Positions 1-13,420 of a stretch of 64,000 nucleotides of DNA are shown here, one piece after another; within the stretch, counting starts at the first letter, position 1, and every line of letters starts with the position of its first letter. Origin of the DNA: Octopus vulgaris (lineage: Eukaryota); assembly GCA_951406725.2 (NCBI GenBank), contig OX597817.1, positions 153,946,001 through 154,010,000 on the forward strand, read 5' to 3'. The notes under the pieces are model-generated. The model did not search any database, was not told the DNA's origin, and saw nothing but the letters and a program-made list of their open reading frames with translations. The position numbers and the translations under genes are program-made.

Positions 1-115
1 GCTTAGCCAGCGGGGTGGCGTCATTCGAAGGCTAAAACAGTGCGAACGCATTGTGACCAGCGATGTGTAAAACATCTGATGGTCTGGTCGGTCACGTGAT
101 CACGTGATATATATG

Positions 116-192
<77 letters not shown>

Positions 193-596
193 ATGTGTAT
201 ATATATATATATACTACTACGTGTGTGTCTGTGTTCAGCATATAGCAAAAGTCTAAGGTCCTGGTAGGATTTAAAGTAAGTGTTATTTCCAGAGAAGCAC
301 TCGACCCAAACACTGGCTAATCAACATTGTCAGGTTCCGGCCCAAAATCCTATAACCCGACAGTGTTTCAGTGTTACCCCAATGTTACAGTACACCTTTG
401 ATACAAGTCTGATGAAGTGCCTCTCTAATGGCTATAACCACAAACATTACATAAATTTTCACTTCGAATTTTCGTGTAAACTGGCGTTACAGGTAAAGTT
501 GGTACAGAAACAATTGTAATGAATCATTAAAGATGTATTAAAGAATTTTCTTTGTCTTCTGATCATTTGTATATACATATATATCTTTATCTGTGT

Positions 597-975
597 AGGT
601 GCAATGGCCCAGTTGTTAGGGCAGCGGACTCGCGGTCATAAGATCGCGGTTTCGATTCCCAGACCGGGCGTTGTGAGTGTTTACTGAGCGAAAACACCTA
701 AAAGCTCCACGAGGCTCCGGCAGGGGATGGTGGTGATCCCTGCTGTACTCTTTCACCACAACTTTCTCTCACTCTTACTTCCTGTCTCTGTTGTACCTGT
801 ACTTCAAAGGGCCGGCCTTGTCACTCTCTGTGTCACGCTGAATATCCCCGAGAACTACGTTAAGGGTACACGTGTCTGTGGAGTGCTCAGCCACTTACAC
901 GTTAATTTCACGAGCAGGCTGTTCCGTTGATCAACCGGAACCCTCATCGTCGTAACCGATAGTGCTTCTATTCCA
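597..975 (+). mobile_element. tRNA-derived SINE, family A
   Basis: A box TGGCCCAGTTGTT, B box GGTTTCGATTCC, shared body; target-site duplication ATATCTTTATCTGTGTA. Confidence 0.88.
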
Positions 976-1402
976 TCCATATCTTTATCTGTGTATATGT
1001 GTGTATATGTAAATATACATATTTATACACACGCGTATACACAAATACATGTATATTATTTATATGATTTATATGTATATGTATGTATGTTTGTGTGTGT
1101 GTATCTGTGTTTGTCCCTAACACCGTTTGTTAGCCGTTGTTGGTGTGCTTACGTCCCCGTAACCTAGCGGTTCTGAAAAAGTGACCGACAGAATAAGTAC
1201 CAGGTTATATAAAAAATAATAATTACCGGTGTCGAGTCGTTCCACTAAGATTTTTCAGGGAGGGACCCCAGTATGACCGCAGTCTAATGACTGAAACAAG
1301 CAAGAGATATACATGCATCATATATATATATATATGTACGTACGTATGTATGTATGTCTTTGTGCACACTCTCGCACACACACACATATGTATATATATA
1401 TA

Positions 1403-1573
<171 letters not shown>

Positions 1574-1789
1574 GCGCGCGCACATTTACACGAGCCGTTT
1601 GACAGATATGCATTTTCTAATTAAAACGTAATAAGTTAGTTATTACGCTCTGCTTAATTACGGCTCCAATTATAACGACTAGTACGGCTTAGCCTTAATC
1701 ATTAACTTTAATTTAGAGTTTTACTTTGATATTCTGTATGACGTCAGAGCATTAAGCTATTCAGTTGTAAATATAAGTTTACTGTGAGG

Positions 1790-2360
1790 CAGTTCTGCTA
1801 TGAATACGGCAAAACAAATTAGCTATTGAAAAGACACGCTTTTGGCGACGTAATGAACGGGTACAGGATGTTTCAGAGTGTTCTTTGCACTGATTGGATG
1901 ATTGCATGGCAATTCTGTTATTCTGCTGCAAAGCAATAATGGCACGAATGAAATGTAAGCATCTGAGATCAAAATGCTGGAGTTTGTGCACTGTCTCTGG
2001 CATTGCCTTGTATAAACTCTTAAACTCTTTCGACATTAGTTTGACAAAAAGAAAAGGCATCCCCGCTACAGTGCGAAACAAAGGATGATGTGTCTACAAC
2101 ATGGAGTTAAGAGAATATTTCAAATGGGATAAAATACAGACATGTGATTAGTAAGTTGCAGGGGAGACTCGCAATACGGATTCTTTAAGCCGGACTAACC
2201 GGTAGAAGACTTAGGAGTAGACCAAGAATGAGGTGGTTTGATAAAATCTATCGCAATTAGTCTCTCTTAATCTGACCTGAAAGCCTAATGAGGTTGTTTC
2301 TGATAGGACCCTATGAAGGAAGTGCGTGAGGGTTCTACTCTGCCACGATCCTCCTTAGAA
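1790..2360 (+). mobile_element. Decayed RTE-type LINE 3' fragment
   Basis: GRRLRSRPRMRWFD remnant (GxRxRGRPRxRWxD motif) with broken upstream frames. Confidence 0.5.
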
Positions 2361-2871
2361 TAGCGTGCGAAGATGAATGAATGGATGGATGGATGGATGG
2401 ATGGATGGATGGATGGATGGATGGATGGGTGGATGGATGGATGGATGGGTGGATGGATGGATGGATGGGTGGATGGATGGGTGGGTGGGTGGATGGATGG
2501 ATGGATGGATGGATGGGCGGATGGAGGGACGGACGGAAACAGGGATGAATCGATGGAGGGAAGGGCGGAGGGGCGACTTATTTAGCGTATTGATGATGGA
2601 GGCAATTTGGCCATTTAGAATGTTTAACATGTTACACTGGATTTTAGCTCTGTGCTTGCGATTCTAATGCAGTTACAAGTGTTTTGAGATAATGAGGTGC
2701 CGTAAAGACATGTAGGAAGTCAGCAATTTCAAGCATTCCAATATTGTGACGCGTGGAATTTCAGAAGCGATTATTTTTAAAGTACTTGAAATACTCGTCT
2801 ACAATATATTGTGTCTGCTAAACCTCACGTTAGCCATCTTCTTGATGACTAAAAGGCATTATTACGTATAA

Positions 2872-3216
2872 TCTATATATATAAAGCTTAAGTTGTCTGT
2901 GTGTGGCAGGTTTGGTAGCCTTCAACTAACACTATCTCCTCCGAGACCCTTCGGCGCAAGTTGACCAAAATTGAGAGTATGATAGAAGAAGGCTTGCTCT
3001 TCATTCTGTAGATGACAAAATTCAAATCGGACCATGTTAACACCAAAAATAACTTACATCAGAAAGGTGCTTTTCTTTCTATGAAAATCCCCATTTTTTA
3101 CGATTTTTTCACTGCTGTGTCGCCATTTTTCGGTGTATTTCAACCAGAAAAATTTTCAAAAATTCCAATTCTAAAGGGTCGAAACAAACCTGAGCAACGC
3201 CGGGCGATACTGCTAG
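2872..3216 (+). mobile_element. Non-autonomous Helitron
   Basis: 5' TC(TA)n, GC-rich subterminal GAGCAACGCCGGGCGATACTG, 3' CTAG, inserted between A and T. Confidence 0.8.
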
Positions 3217-4017
3217 TATTCTATAAGCATGAGGCGACGTATCGGTGAGTCGTATCGAGGTTAGACAGAGTACAATATGATTAGTGTCCTGGTAGTCGTC
3301 TCTCAGGGATCGATTTCAAATGAGGGTCAAATGGCATTCTATTTCTTTAGGCAGCAAGCCATCAGAATCATTAGCACGCAGGAAAAATGCTATGTGGCAT
3401 TTCTTCTGGCTTTAGTCCTAAGTTCAAATACCATCGAGCTTGAATTTGTCTTTCATCCTTCCAGTGAGCACTGCGGTTGATGTCATCAATTTGTACCTAC
3501 CGAAAAATTAATGGCCGCTCACCAAAAATTGAAGCTATTATTAGATAATATAAATAAGGTGGCGACCTATCTGAATTTTTACGGTCTGAGTTCAAATTCC
3601 GGCGAGGTCGACTTTGTCTTTCATTCGTTTGAGATCGATAACATAATTACCAGTTCTGCATTGGGGTCAAAATTTCAGGCCTTGTGCCAATAGTAGAAAA
3701 GTTTATAAGTGTAAATAAATTTGATTTCCATCTTTTGCCTTTAGATCCATCTACCAAATCATATTCTTTAAGCTAATCAAAATCAATGTTTTGGCCTACA
3801 TTATTTTACGTTTATACCCATGACCAATGAAGGTTACATCATTACTGAAATAACATGCTTTAACAACTTTCATTGAGATAAACTGTGTTTAACTGTTGAC
3901 AGCCCTGTTGATTTAGCAGTTCAGCATTCACATATTCTTTCCGTTCAGTTTAAAATTGCAACGCCTTTAGGGATTTAGTCAATCATATCGTGAATCGATA
4001 TTCATTTTATCAATTAA

Positions 4018-4910
4018 CTAGCAGTATCGCCCGGCGTTGCTCGGGTTTGTAAGGGAAATAACTATACAGCATTTTTAGAGAGTTATAGCCAAAAAATAGC
4101 AAAAGAATGCATTAAAAATGGAAAAAATATGATGGTAAATTTTTTTTAAATCGTTGACTCATCGTAGACATTTTTAGAGAGTTACTTCCCTTTAAAAAAA
4201 TATGCATGAAAATGGAAAAAAATGATGGTAAATTATTTTTAAAATCGTAGACTCATCGTAGACGCGCGCTAATACCCAGAAGGGCTCGATAAGAATCACG
4301 ACTATAAGATACCCGGTTTTGGTTAAACTGCACCGCAAAATGTGGGAGTAGAATCTAAATCGAAGGGGACAGACACTCACGCAACTACAGTTTTATATAT
4401 AAAGACTAGCAGTATCGCCCGGCGTTGCTCGGGTTTGTAAGTGAAATAACTATATAAGCATTTTTAGAGAGTTACTTCCCTTATAAATTCGGGCTTTCTT
4501 AGCCATTTTGTTTTGGTGTCTTCAAGCCATGAAGTCGTTGTTCTAAAAGAACGCTGGTTTCCTTCACAACGCATTACGACGTTGATTTCTTTACACTCCC
4601 TTCCCCACAGCTTCACGAGGGAGGGAAGGGGAAGAAGCAAACAGGTGCAGCTGTGAGCGTGGACGCCAACTCCGCCGCCATCGACATACGATGCATTTTA
4701 TGCATTAAAATGGAATAAAAAATGATGTTAAATTATTTTTAAAATCGTAGACTCATCGTTGACGCGCGCTAATAGTCAGACGGGCTCGATATGAATCACG
4801 ACTATAAGATACCCGAATTTGGTTAAACTGCACCGCAAAATGTGGGAGGAGTTAGGAATCTAAATCGAAAGGGACAGACACTCACACAACTAGAGTTTTA
4901 TATATATAGA
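4018..4910 (-). mobile_element. Head-to-tail dimer of non-autonomous Helitrons (4018-4405 and 4406-4910)
   Basis: Each unit runs TC...CTAG on the minus strand with the same 3' end as 2872-3216; junction CTAG|TC has no spacer. Confidence 0.82.
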
Positions 4911-5968
4911 TATATGTCGTGCCACTAAGTTACGGGCATAAAACGAAATGAAATTCTTGAAAATGCTTTATTCTACACCAATGGATACATAAACACAAAT
5001 GCGGAGCCACCATTCATGCATACATACATACATACATACATACATACATACATACATACATACATACATACATACATACATACAAGCATTTTGTCAACCC
5101 TAGATTAAAATAGAAGAAATTTGCCCAAGCTGCCGGGCTGTCTAATCGGACCAATAAGAAAATTGGTTTAGAATTACACTTCTTCACACTGTAATACTTC
5201 ACTAGACATGCTTGCATATATTAAAATAACAATTTACCATTTATATTTGCTAACAACCCGAGAGATGAATAAGTAAATGTTGCCGAAGTATCGCGTGATA
5301 ACTTTAAACTAAATAACTTCTTAAGCACATGTTGCGTTTACTAGCAAGAACAATAATGGTTATATGACTTAGTAACAATTAACCTTGATTTAATTTAATT
5401 TGATAGGATTCTTTATGACACGACCTGGAAGCAATGGTATAGCTGTCTATAAATAAAGAATTTATTGTAATGCTGTTATACACTGAAGACCACTAAACAG
5501 ATTCGCTATTGAGCAAACACAAATTCTTTTTACAACGCAATGATAGGTTAACGGTTGTTAATTCTAACTTAATCATTTTTATCGTTAAAACTGTCTTAAA
5601 GATACTTCCTGTATGTGAATTGAGTGCATTCTGAGATCATAGTCTGAGAATTTAGGCAAGGACGATACATTTCTTGGGGCCTACAGTTGCTCTTTGTTTT
5701 TCAGCAGTTTTCATTGGACCAGAAAAATGTAGCATACCAGAATCCTACAAGACCATCTTAAATTATTGTACTTGGTTATATGTCAGTCTTCTAACTATAA
5801 TTGTTAGATAGGCACATGCATGGTTATGTAGTTAAGAATCTCGCTTTGCAACCACAAGGATTCTGGTTCAATCTCACTGCGCGGCACGTTGGACAAATGT
5901 CCCTGGAGTCAACTGATTTGTGAGTGGACTTGTTAGACAGAAACTGAGTGAAAGCCTGTCATACGTGT

Positions 5969-6018
<50 letters not shown>

Positions 6019-7330
6019 ATGTGTGTGTGTGGATGTATGTGTGTATTCGTGTGTGTATATGCATCTGTGTCTGCGTTTCTTTCCTCCATCCCACTACATG
6101 ACAATCGGTACCGGTTTGTTTACATCACCATAACCTAGCGGTCGGCAAAAGAGTGAGGTAAAATAAGTACTAGACTGAAAAATAAGTACCCGGGTCAATT
6201 TGTTCGACTAAAAACTCTTCAAGTCAGTGCTTCACCATGTCCGCAGCCTACTGACTGGAATAAATAAGAGGCAAAAGAAAGATACATAAGAATTTCTTAA
6301 AATCGGTTTATTGTCTCCCAAAATTTGGTTACATATCACTCAAAAATATTAAAAATTGTTCCAATCTTCATTGAATAAAGAACATTTAAAGATCACTGTA
6401 AATGTAAGTAACATGTATACCATAAAGTGACAATGCCAGTTAATTAAGCAACAATATATGGCTGTGTGTAACATCATCATATCATTCTTTTCTACTCTAG
6501 GCACAAGGCCCGTAATTTTGGGGGATGGGACCAGTCGATTAGATTGACGCCAGTACGCAACTGGTACTTAAATTATCGACCAGACAGCAAATAAAGACTC
6601 GGATAGTGCTTAGAAAATATCTTTCATTTTTAACCTCGTATATAGTACGCACTGGGGATTTTGAACTTTAAATTTTGGGGAAAAAATACGGATTATACTC
6701 GAGGATTTACGGTACTTTATTTTATCGTCCCCGCAAAATGGAAAGCAAAGTTTATTTCAGTAGGATATCTGAACTCAACGTAAATATCTGTAAAGAACGT
6801 CACTAAGCATCTTTGTATGATACGCTAACAGTTCTTCCAGTTTGCCGCCCTATTTTTATTTCTGAATAAATCTCTTTTGATAAGTAAAGTTCCGTTGTAC
6901 TTCTGCAACCAGGTCAATGAAACAGTTCCTCTGCATCTTTTAGAAATCAGTGGTTATTTTATTATAAGCACCGGTTTTCCTTTTCGTTCTCTTATTTATT
7001 TTTACCCTTCTGTTTTTTTTTCTTTCGTTCATTTTATATTTTCATATATTCAACTTTAATGTATAAAGCAATCCGTTTGCATATTGGTCAGTATTGCGTT
7101 TGTATGTGAATAAAACTTTAAAATTTTTTCAAACTGTCTTATTCATTCATTTATTTACTATAATATCGTATGTATGTATAGTATGGTATCTTGGGCAAAA
7201 TTCATTTACTAAAGCATTGAGTCGACCCGTACCCCGTGAGTGAAAGTGGGTTAACGGAAAGCTGGTAGAAGCACAATCAGATAAGAATTACATTAAGTGT
7301 ACATGCTTCAGCCCGAGAAATATATTAAAG

Positions 7331-7679
7331 CAGGGTTACCCAACCATTTTTTATCTATGGACTCCTTCAATTGTTATTTTATTCTGGTGGATCCTCATAG
7401 CCATTCGATGTTTAAAAACTAGTTTTATAGAAACTTCTTTCAAAATTCCTATTTTGTTTCTCACACATCAACTTGCATAGGTTGGACTATGTAAAATGTA
7501 AGAGAAAGAAACCTAACTGTTTCTTGCAATGCACACCAATACAGACATCTAAAGCAAAACTTTTCCTGTGGTTCTTAAGATACTACTGTGAATCCCTAAT
7601 TAACTGTTTTGTTGCGTTGACCCACAAAAATCTTATGTGGACCTTCAGGGGCCATATGGACCCCAGATGGGAGTTACTG
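7331..7679. mobile_element. hAT/Charlie-like MITE
   Basis: CAGGGTTACCCAACC ... GATGGGAGTTACTG imperfect TIRs; imperfect 8-bp flanks TATTAAAG/GGTAAAAG. Confidence 0.5.
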
Positions 7680-8844
7680 GGTAAAAGGTACATGTGTCAG
7701 TCACTTAAACATATGTTCATTCACGAGCAGTTAATGTCGTGGAACGACAGAGATCCACTACAAACAAAATTATTCCCCTTGACTTATCGTATTTTCACGT
7801 TTAATTCTGCCCACCCTACTTTCTCCTGATTTTGCCCTTTCTGTGTCATTCTCTCTCAGTTTCTCTCCCTTTCCAGCTACTCTTAACTCTTTCTCTTTCA
7901 ACCTCACTCTCCCTCTTAGGTGGTGAGCTGGCAGAAACGTTAGCACGCCGGGCGAAATGCTTAGCAGTATTTCGTCTGCCGCTACGTTCTGAGTTCAAAT
8001 TCTGCCGAGGTCGACTTTGCCTTTCATCCTTTCGGGGCCGATAAATTAAGTACCAGTTACGCACTGGCGTCGATATAATCGACTTAATCCGTTTGTCTGT
8101 CTTTGTTTGTTCTCTTTGTGTTTAGCCCCTTGTGGGTAATAAAGAAATAGGTATTTCGTCTGCCACTTCGTTCTAAGTTCAAATTCCGCCTAGATCGACT
8201 TTGTCTTTCATCCTTTCAGGGTCGATAAATTAAAAACCAGTTGCATACCAGCGTCGATCTAATTGACTGGCCCCTCTCACAAAATTTCGGGACCTGTGCC
8301 TAGAGTAGAAAAGAACTTCACTTTCCCTCAATTTTTTCGTTCATGTTTTCCTCCTCATCTTCCTCTACATGGCCACTTTCCAATATCCGAAACTGTTAAA
8401 AGAATAAAAGCATATACTTTTTGATGAGGTATTGATACGAGTTATTGCATCAATAGTTTCAGAGTTGAGTTTTCCAAACAATTAAACTAGATTTTCGTTG
8501 TTTCTAGTCTTTTATACTCTTACAATCAATCCATATATTTCCGATTATTCTTTTTTTCAAAGACTTAGTCAGAGGAGGAATAGTTTCTGTCTGATCTAGT
8601 GGGCGAAAAGAAGGAAATTATCCTCACATACCGGATAACAAGCCATAATTTTAATACTTAAGTGGACTCCTCGCTCCGTGAAAGGCCCACAAAGACCAGA
8701 GAGCAGTATCAAATAGGGCGCGGGGGGGGGGTTACCAAAAACACAATGTAAAAGCTAGAATGGTGAGAGATGAAGCTTATGATTAGAGGAGCAGAAATTA
8801 TTCTAGAAAAGGATCTACGTTATATGCGTTCATGAGGGTAATGA

Positions 8845-8887
8845 CCACGGTGATGACAAAGGCGACGATGATGACGACGATGATGAC

Positions 8888-8919
<32 letters not shown>

Positions 8920-9130
8920 CAATGACGATGTCGGCAATGGCAATGATGATAAGGAGGAGGGGAGGAGGGGGACGATGACGAGGAGAAGGAGGAGAAAAAG
9001 AAGAAGAAGAAGAAGAAGAAGAAGAAGAAGGAGGAGGAGGAGGAGGAGGAGGAGGAGAAGGAGAAGAAGAAGAAGAAGAAGAAGAAGAAGAAGAAGAAGA
9101 AGAAGAAGAATAGGGAGTGGGAGGAGGAAA
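8845..9130. repeat. Compound trinucleotide microsatellite (GAT/GAC then GAG/AAG polypurine)
   Basis: Seen directly; lies 180-460 bp upstream of the candidate TATA box. Confidence 0.95.
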
Positions 9131-9307
9131 AGTGGCGGATGATTTTGACGATTAAAATAGCTGCCGTTTTACCATTAAGGGCAGCCGTTGGCGGTGGTGA
9201 CTGCCGATGACGACGACGATGACGTCGACGTTGACGATAGGAAATATTTCAAGTGACAGTATCACAAATATTTTGATATATCCGCTATCTTTCCGGATAT
9301 TTCCAAT

Positions 9308-9357
9308 TATATATAGTGTTAACAATGTTTTGTTTACTACACCTATCGCCGCTCAGT
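9308..9357 (+). promoter_or_regulatory. Candidate core promoter of the VWA gene (TATATATAG; TCAGT initiator-like motif at 9353)
   Basis: TATA-like box 86 nt upstream of the ATG; spacing to TCAGT is longer than the usual ~30 nt, so the start site is uncertain. Confidence 0.4.
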
Positions 9358-9393
9358 GCCTTGCTCGTTTCGTCAAAAGCTGAATCTACTACC

Positions 9394-9426
9394 ATGAGAA
9401 ATATCGTTATTCTGGCAACGCTTCTT
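9394..9426 (+). CDS. Exon 1 of secreted double-VWA-domain protein gene (MRNIVILATLL, start of signal peptide)
   Basis: ACCATG start context, hydrophobic codons, strong GTAAGT donor at 9427 (phase 0); joins exon 2 in frame to complete a signal peptide. Confidence 0.8.
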
Positions 9427-9639
9427 GTAAGTAATTCAATTCATTGTAACATTTATATTATCAATTAAGTATTTTGTTTCTTCTTGTCTTTGCATTTTCT
9501 TTTGATAAATGATATCGTAGTCATTGTTGTTGTTTAACTATCAATCAATCTTGATTGAGCTGGCTTATGATTAATGGGGTTCTTGCCGTGAGCATCTCGT
9601 CTTTTGTACATCTAGCCACTAGCGTAACTAGCCTGTGTA

Positions 9640-9873
9640 CCTATTTATTTACTACCCACAAGGGGCTAAACACAGAGGGGACAAACAAGGACAGACAAAC
9701 GGATTAAGTCGATTACATCGACCCCCAGTGCGTAACTGGTACTTAATTTATCGACCCCGAAAGGATGAAAGGCAAAGTCGACCTCGGAGGAATTTGAACT
9801 CAGAACGTAACGACAGACAAAAAACGGCTACGCATTTTGCCCGGCGTGCTAACGTTTCTGCCAGCTCACCGCC
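9640..9873 (-). mobile_element. SINE family C inserted in a MITE-like host
   Basis: GGCGGTGAGCTGGCAGAA head, GAGTTCAAATTCC B box, GCCTTTCATCCTTTCGGGGTCGATAAA core; 20-bp TSD AGCGTAACTAGC(C/G)TGTGTAC. Confidence 0.85.
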
Positions 9874-10684
9874 TTGAGCGTAACTAGCGTGTGTACTGCC
9901 CGAGGCGGCTTTTCAGTTTGCCTCCCACCCTAAAAATACATATTGCCTACAGCATACCCAAAAGGGTGCCGACCCTATAAAAGTGCCTGCCGGGGCGAAC
10001 TGTCTCCCCTGCCCCCCTTTGTTATATGCTGTTGTTTTCTTATTATAGTCCTTATTACTGCCACAACACGTTTTCATTGAGTTTGAATTTATAATTTTAA
10101 TTTTGAATCTGTAACGTCAGATCAAAACAACCAAAAATGGAACTAATTTCAATACTCGATGTAGTTGGGTGTCTTATTATTTTGAGTTGGAAAGATTGCT
10201 GGGTTGGTTCTGCATTTCATCCATCTAGCTGTAAATAAAGTAAGCACAACAAATGATCAGACTTGTATCCAGTGACTATGTCCTTCTTTTCATTAATAAT
10301 ACTTTTCTTGAGCATTGCCAATACAAGTCCTTATTTGATATGTAGAGAAGAGCTGTGCAGATCCAATAAGCTCATCGAAAGATTGCTAGGCTGACTTTTT
10401 ATTTCAACCATCTACCTATAGATAAAGTATGCACCAGTAATAAAAAGACATATATTCGATGTCTATACCCTGGTTACCATTAATAAATTCTTGAGTATCG
10501 CCAATAAAAACCATCATTCGATATGTAAAGAAAGAGCGTTATACATCCTATAGGATTCATCAACGTAGTTTCGAATCAGACAACAGTGTTAAGGTATGTC
10601 TACAGCTAAATCTGAATCTATAACTTTACAGCCATTTGCGAAACCTCTTTCTTTTGAACAACCAATCATAGGAAACACCTGTTT

Positions 10685-11093
10685 GACTCTTTTACTCTTT
10701 TACTTGTTTCAGTCATTTGACTGCGGCCATGCTGGAGCACCGCCTTTAGTCGAGCAAATCGACCCCGGGACTTATTCTTTGTAAGCCCAGTACTTATTCT
10801 ATCGGATCTCTTTTGCCGAACCGGTAAGTTACGGGGACGTAAACACACCAGCATCGGTTGTCAAGCAATGCTAGGGGGACAAAGACAGACACACAAACAT
10901 ATACATACATATATATATATACATATATACGACAGGCTTCTTTCGGTTTCCGTCTACCAAATCCACTCACAAGGCATTGGTCGGCCCGAGGCTATAGCAG
11001 AAGACACTTGCCCAAGGTGCCACGCAGTGGGACTGAACCCGGAACCATGTGGTTGGTAAGCAAGCTACTTACCACACAGCCACTCCTGCGCCT
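10685..11093 (-). mobile_element. tRNA-derived SINE family B with internal (TA)n/(TG)n tract
   Basis: Head AGGCGCAGGAGTGGCTGTGTGG...GGTTCAGTCC; tail GGCGGTGCTCCAGCATGGCCGCAGTCAAATGACTGAAAC(AAGTAAAAGAG)n. Confidence 0.88.
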
Positions 11094-13366
11094 GTTTAAA
11101 TCCTTAATTTCTGCAGCGGTACGCATATGAACGCCACTTTTTATAAATGTTCTCCCTATTTTGATGGAAAACATTTATAGAACCTCATAGAATTGTCGTA
11201 TTATGTTAAAGATTTTTATTGTGTCTTTAATTTTATTCTACAGCTGAGGTTATTGAAAGCGCAATACTTGAGTATATATCGTGATAAGTAGAAGAGTATT
11301 ATAGAGAGTATAGATTTTGCTAAGCCTGTAGAAGCTCTGAATCAACATAAGAATTAGCTCATTCAATCTATGTACCAATATCAATTTTCTAAACATTACT
11401 TTTCATAGAGACATAATATTTGGCCGACTTGATATGATGATGTTGGTAGTCTCTCGTTGTTTGTGCTGTACGTTAGTTCAGTACCTTCATCAATCTGGCA
11501 TTACTTATCCAGGTGCATGGTATACTACACACGTCAAGTGTTGAAGTGATCGTAGAGCAACGTAAGTGTTTTGTTCAAGAACACAACACACTACATGGTC
11601 CAGGACTGAAACCACGATTTGTCGATCGGGAGTGCAACACCCTAACCACTAAGTCATACCACGCTGTAATAATTAATATAATCTTCTTTAAGAGAATATT
11701 TTAATGTTTTGATTACTGCGCTAATTACATTCACAAATCCTCTCCACCTCGTATCCCAAAGCTTTATCGATAGCCTTGTAGTGAATTATGAATATTTTGA
11801 CGTAAAAGATAAACTCGCGTTGAGCTGAGTTCGTAATCTTGAAATAAGTATCGGCTGTTGCTGCTTCACTTCTTTGTGAAGCTAACAGCATTTGTAAAGA
11901 CATGTAGATAATATAAAATTTCTCATTTATATCAATTTCCCATACTCTTATCACGAATTGCCCTCATCTCACACATTTTGAAAATCTGTATTCTTCCTGA
12001 TAGTTAATTTTCTCTATTATTAAATAAATATATACTCATTAACGTCAATATCAATATATTTAGTACTAATTTCAGAAGTTATTGAAAGCTTTGCTTTAAC
12101 TAACCTGTTTATTCACTTAACTGAAGACGTTCGTTATAAAGAGAAACCAGACATAGAAAACGGTTCATAGTTGTTAGTTTAATTGTTGTCGAAGGATCTG
12201 AATAAGTTTCAATTAACTCGTAATTTGATTAAATAATTTCAGGAAATGAAATATTTAAATAATGTGTGATAATGAAATATAGTTATTTAGGGGAATGTTG
12301 CAAAGAACATCAAAGGAAAATACTTATTGAGTTACAAAGTTATTGACATTATACGACAGTTTATGTTCAGATGTATGAGAGTAATAGGAAATGTTTCACA
12401 TATCTTTCTCGGTGAATGTTTGACGTAAATATTTCTGATAAACAACAATTTTCTGCAATTATTTTTGAGAAAGAAATATACACTGTTGTCGTTTAGTCTT
12501 TAGTCAGACTCGATGAAGCAGATTTATTATCTAAAGCGTTCCAATGGCTATCGATTCGTCCCTTTAAAGATATTTAGGGCAACAATATTTTAATGTGCAT
12601 TTTCTTGAGTTGCGATTTACGAGAGACTTAGCTGCTGTTTCTAGCATATCAAACGATCAAGTACAGGATATTTTGTTGTATAGATTATAAAAGGTTTCTG
12701 TAAATGTCTCTCAGACAATAGCATTTGCTTTCAATAGTTCAATGTCCATAGGAAGTTTTACGTATATTTACTACAAGATATGTTCTTGTTTTAACATGTC
12801 GAACATGTCGTAGGATTGTAATACAAATTCACCGAAGAAAATGATTTAACTATTTATAAATGCATTTAAAGATATAACAGCTTTATTATTTTCCAACTGA
12901 TTCACCCTAACAGAAGTACACATAGAAAGCAGAAACTGCAGGAGGTTAAAAAAATAGGTTTTAATGATGGTTAGTAGCAAAGTAAAAGCAAAATGTATAT
13001 CAATACTGAAACATCATATCTATTGATACCATCTCTCTTTTAATGTACATTAACTATTGTTTAATAAAAACAAAAAAGGCGCTGTATAAAAACATTGGTA
13101 GAGAGTCGGGTTGAATTCTTTGTGCTATTTAGTTACAACCATTTATGATTTAAGTTCATATCCCGCCGTTTCGACTTTGTCTTCGATCTTTCCGAAGACG
13201 ATGATATATGCAAATAGTGGTGCATTACAAACTTAGTTCATCTAAGATAATGCACAAGGACTCAGTAGGAAGATAGTTCTATGATTTTGTATCGATGTGA
13301 TTTTTACAAGCAAGAATAATGAGACTAAAACGTACCACATAAACAAAACATGGAATATTACTACTA

Positions 13367-13420
<54 letters not shown>

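Noticed and set aside
597-670. tRNA-like sequences at SINE 5' ends
   Set aside because: A and B boxes are present but there is no complete cloverleaf, and they run on into SINE bodies with TSDs, so they are not tRNA genes.
727-930. Recurrent ORF MVVIPAVLFHHNFLSLLLPV... and the RPRKDERQSRPRRNLNSE ORFs
   Set aside because: These are chance reading frames inside multicopy SINE families A and C.
5445-5550. TATAAATA followed by ATGATAG|GTTAAC as a possible upstream first exon
   Set aside because: The donor is weak and its phase does not fit exon 2; exon 1 at 9394 explains the signal peptide better.
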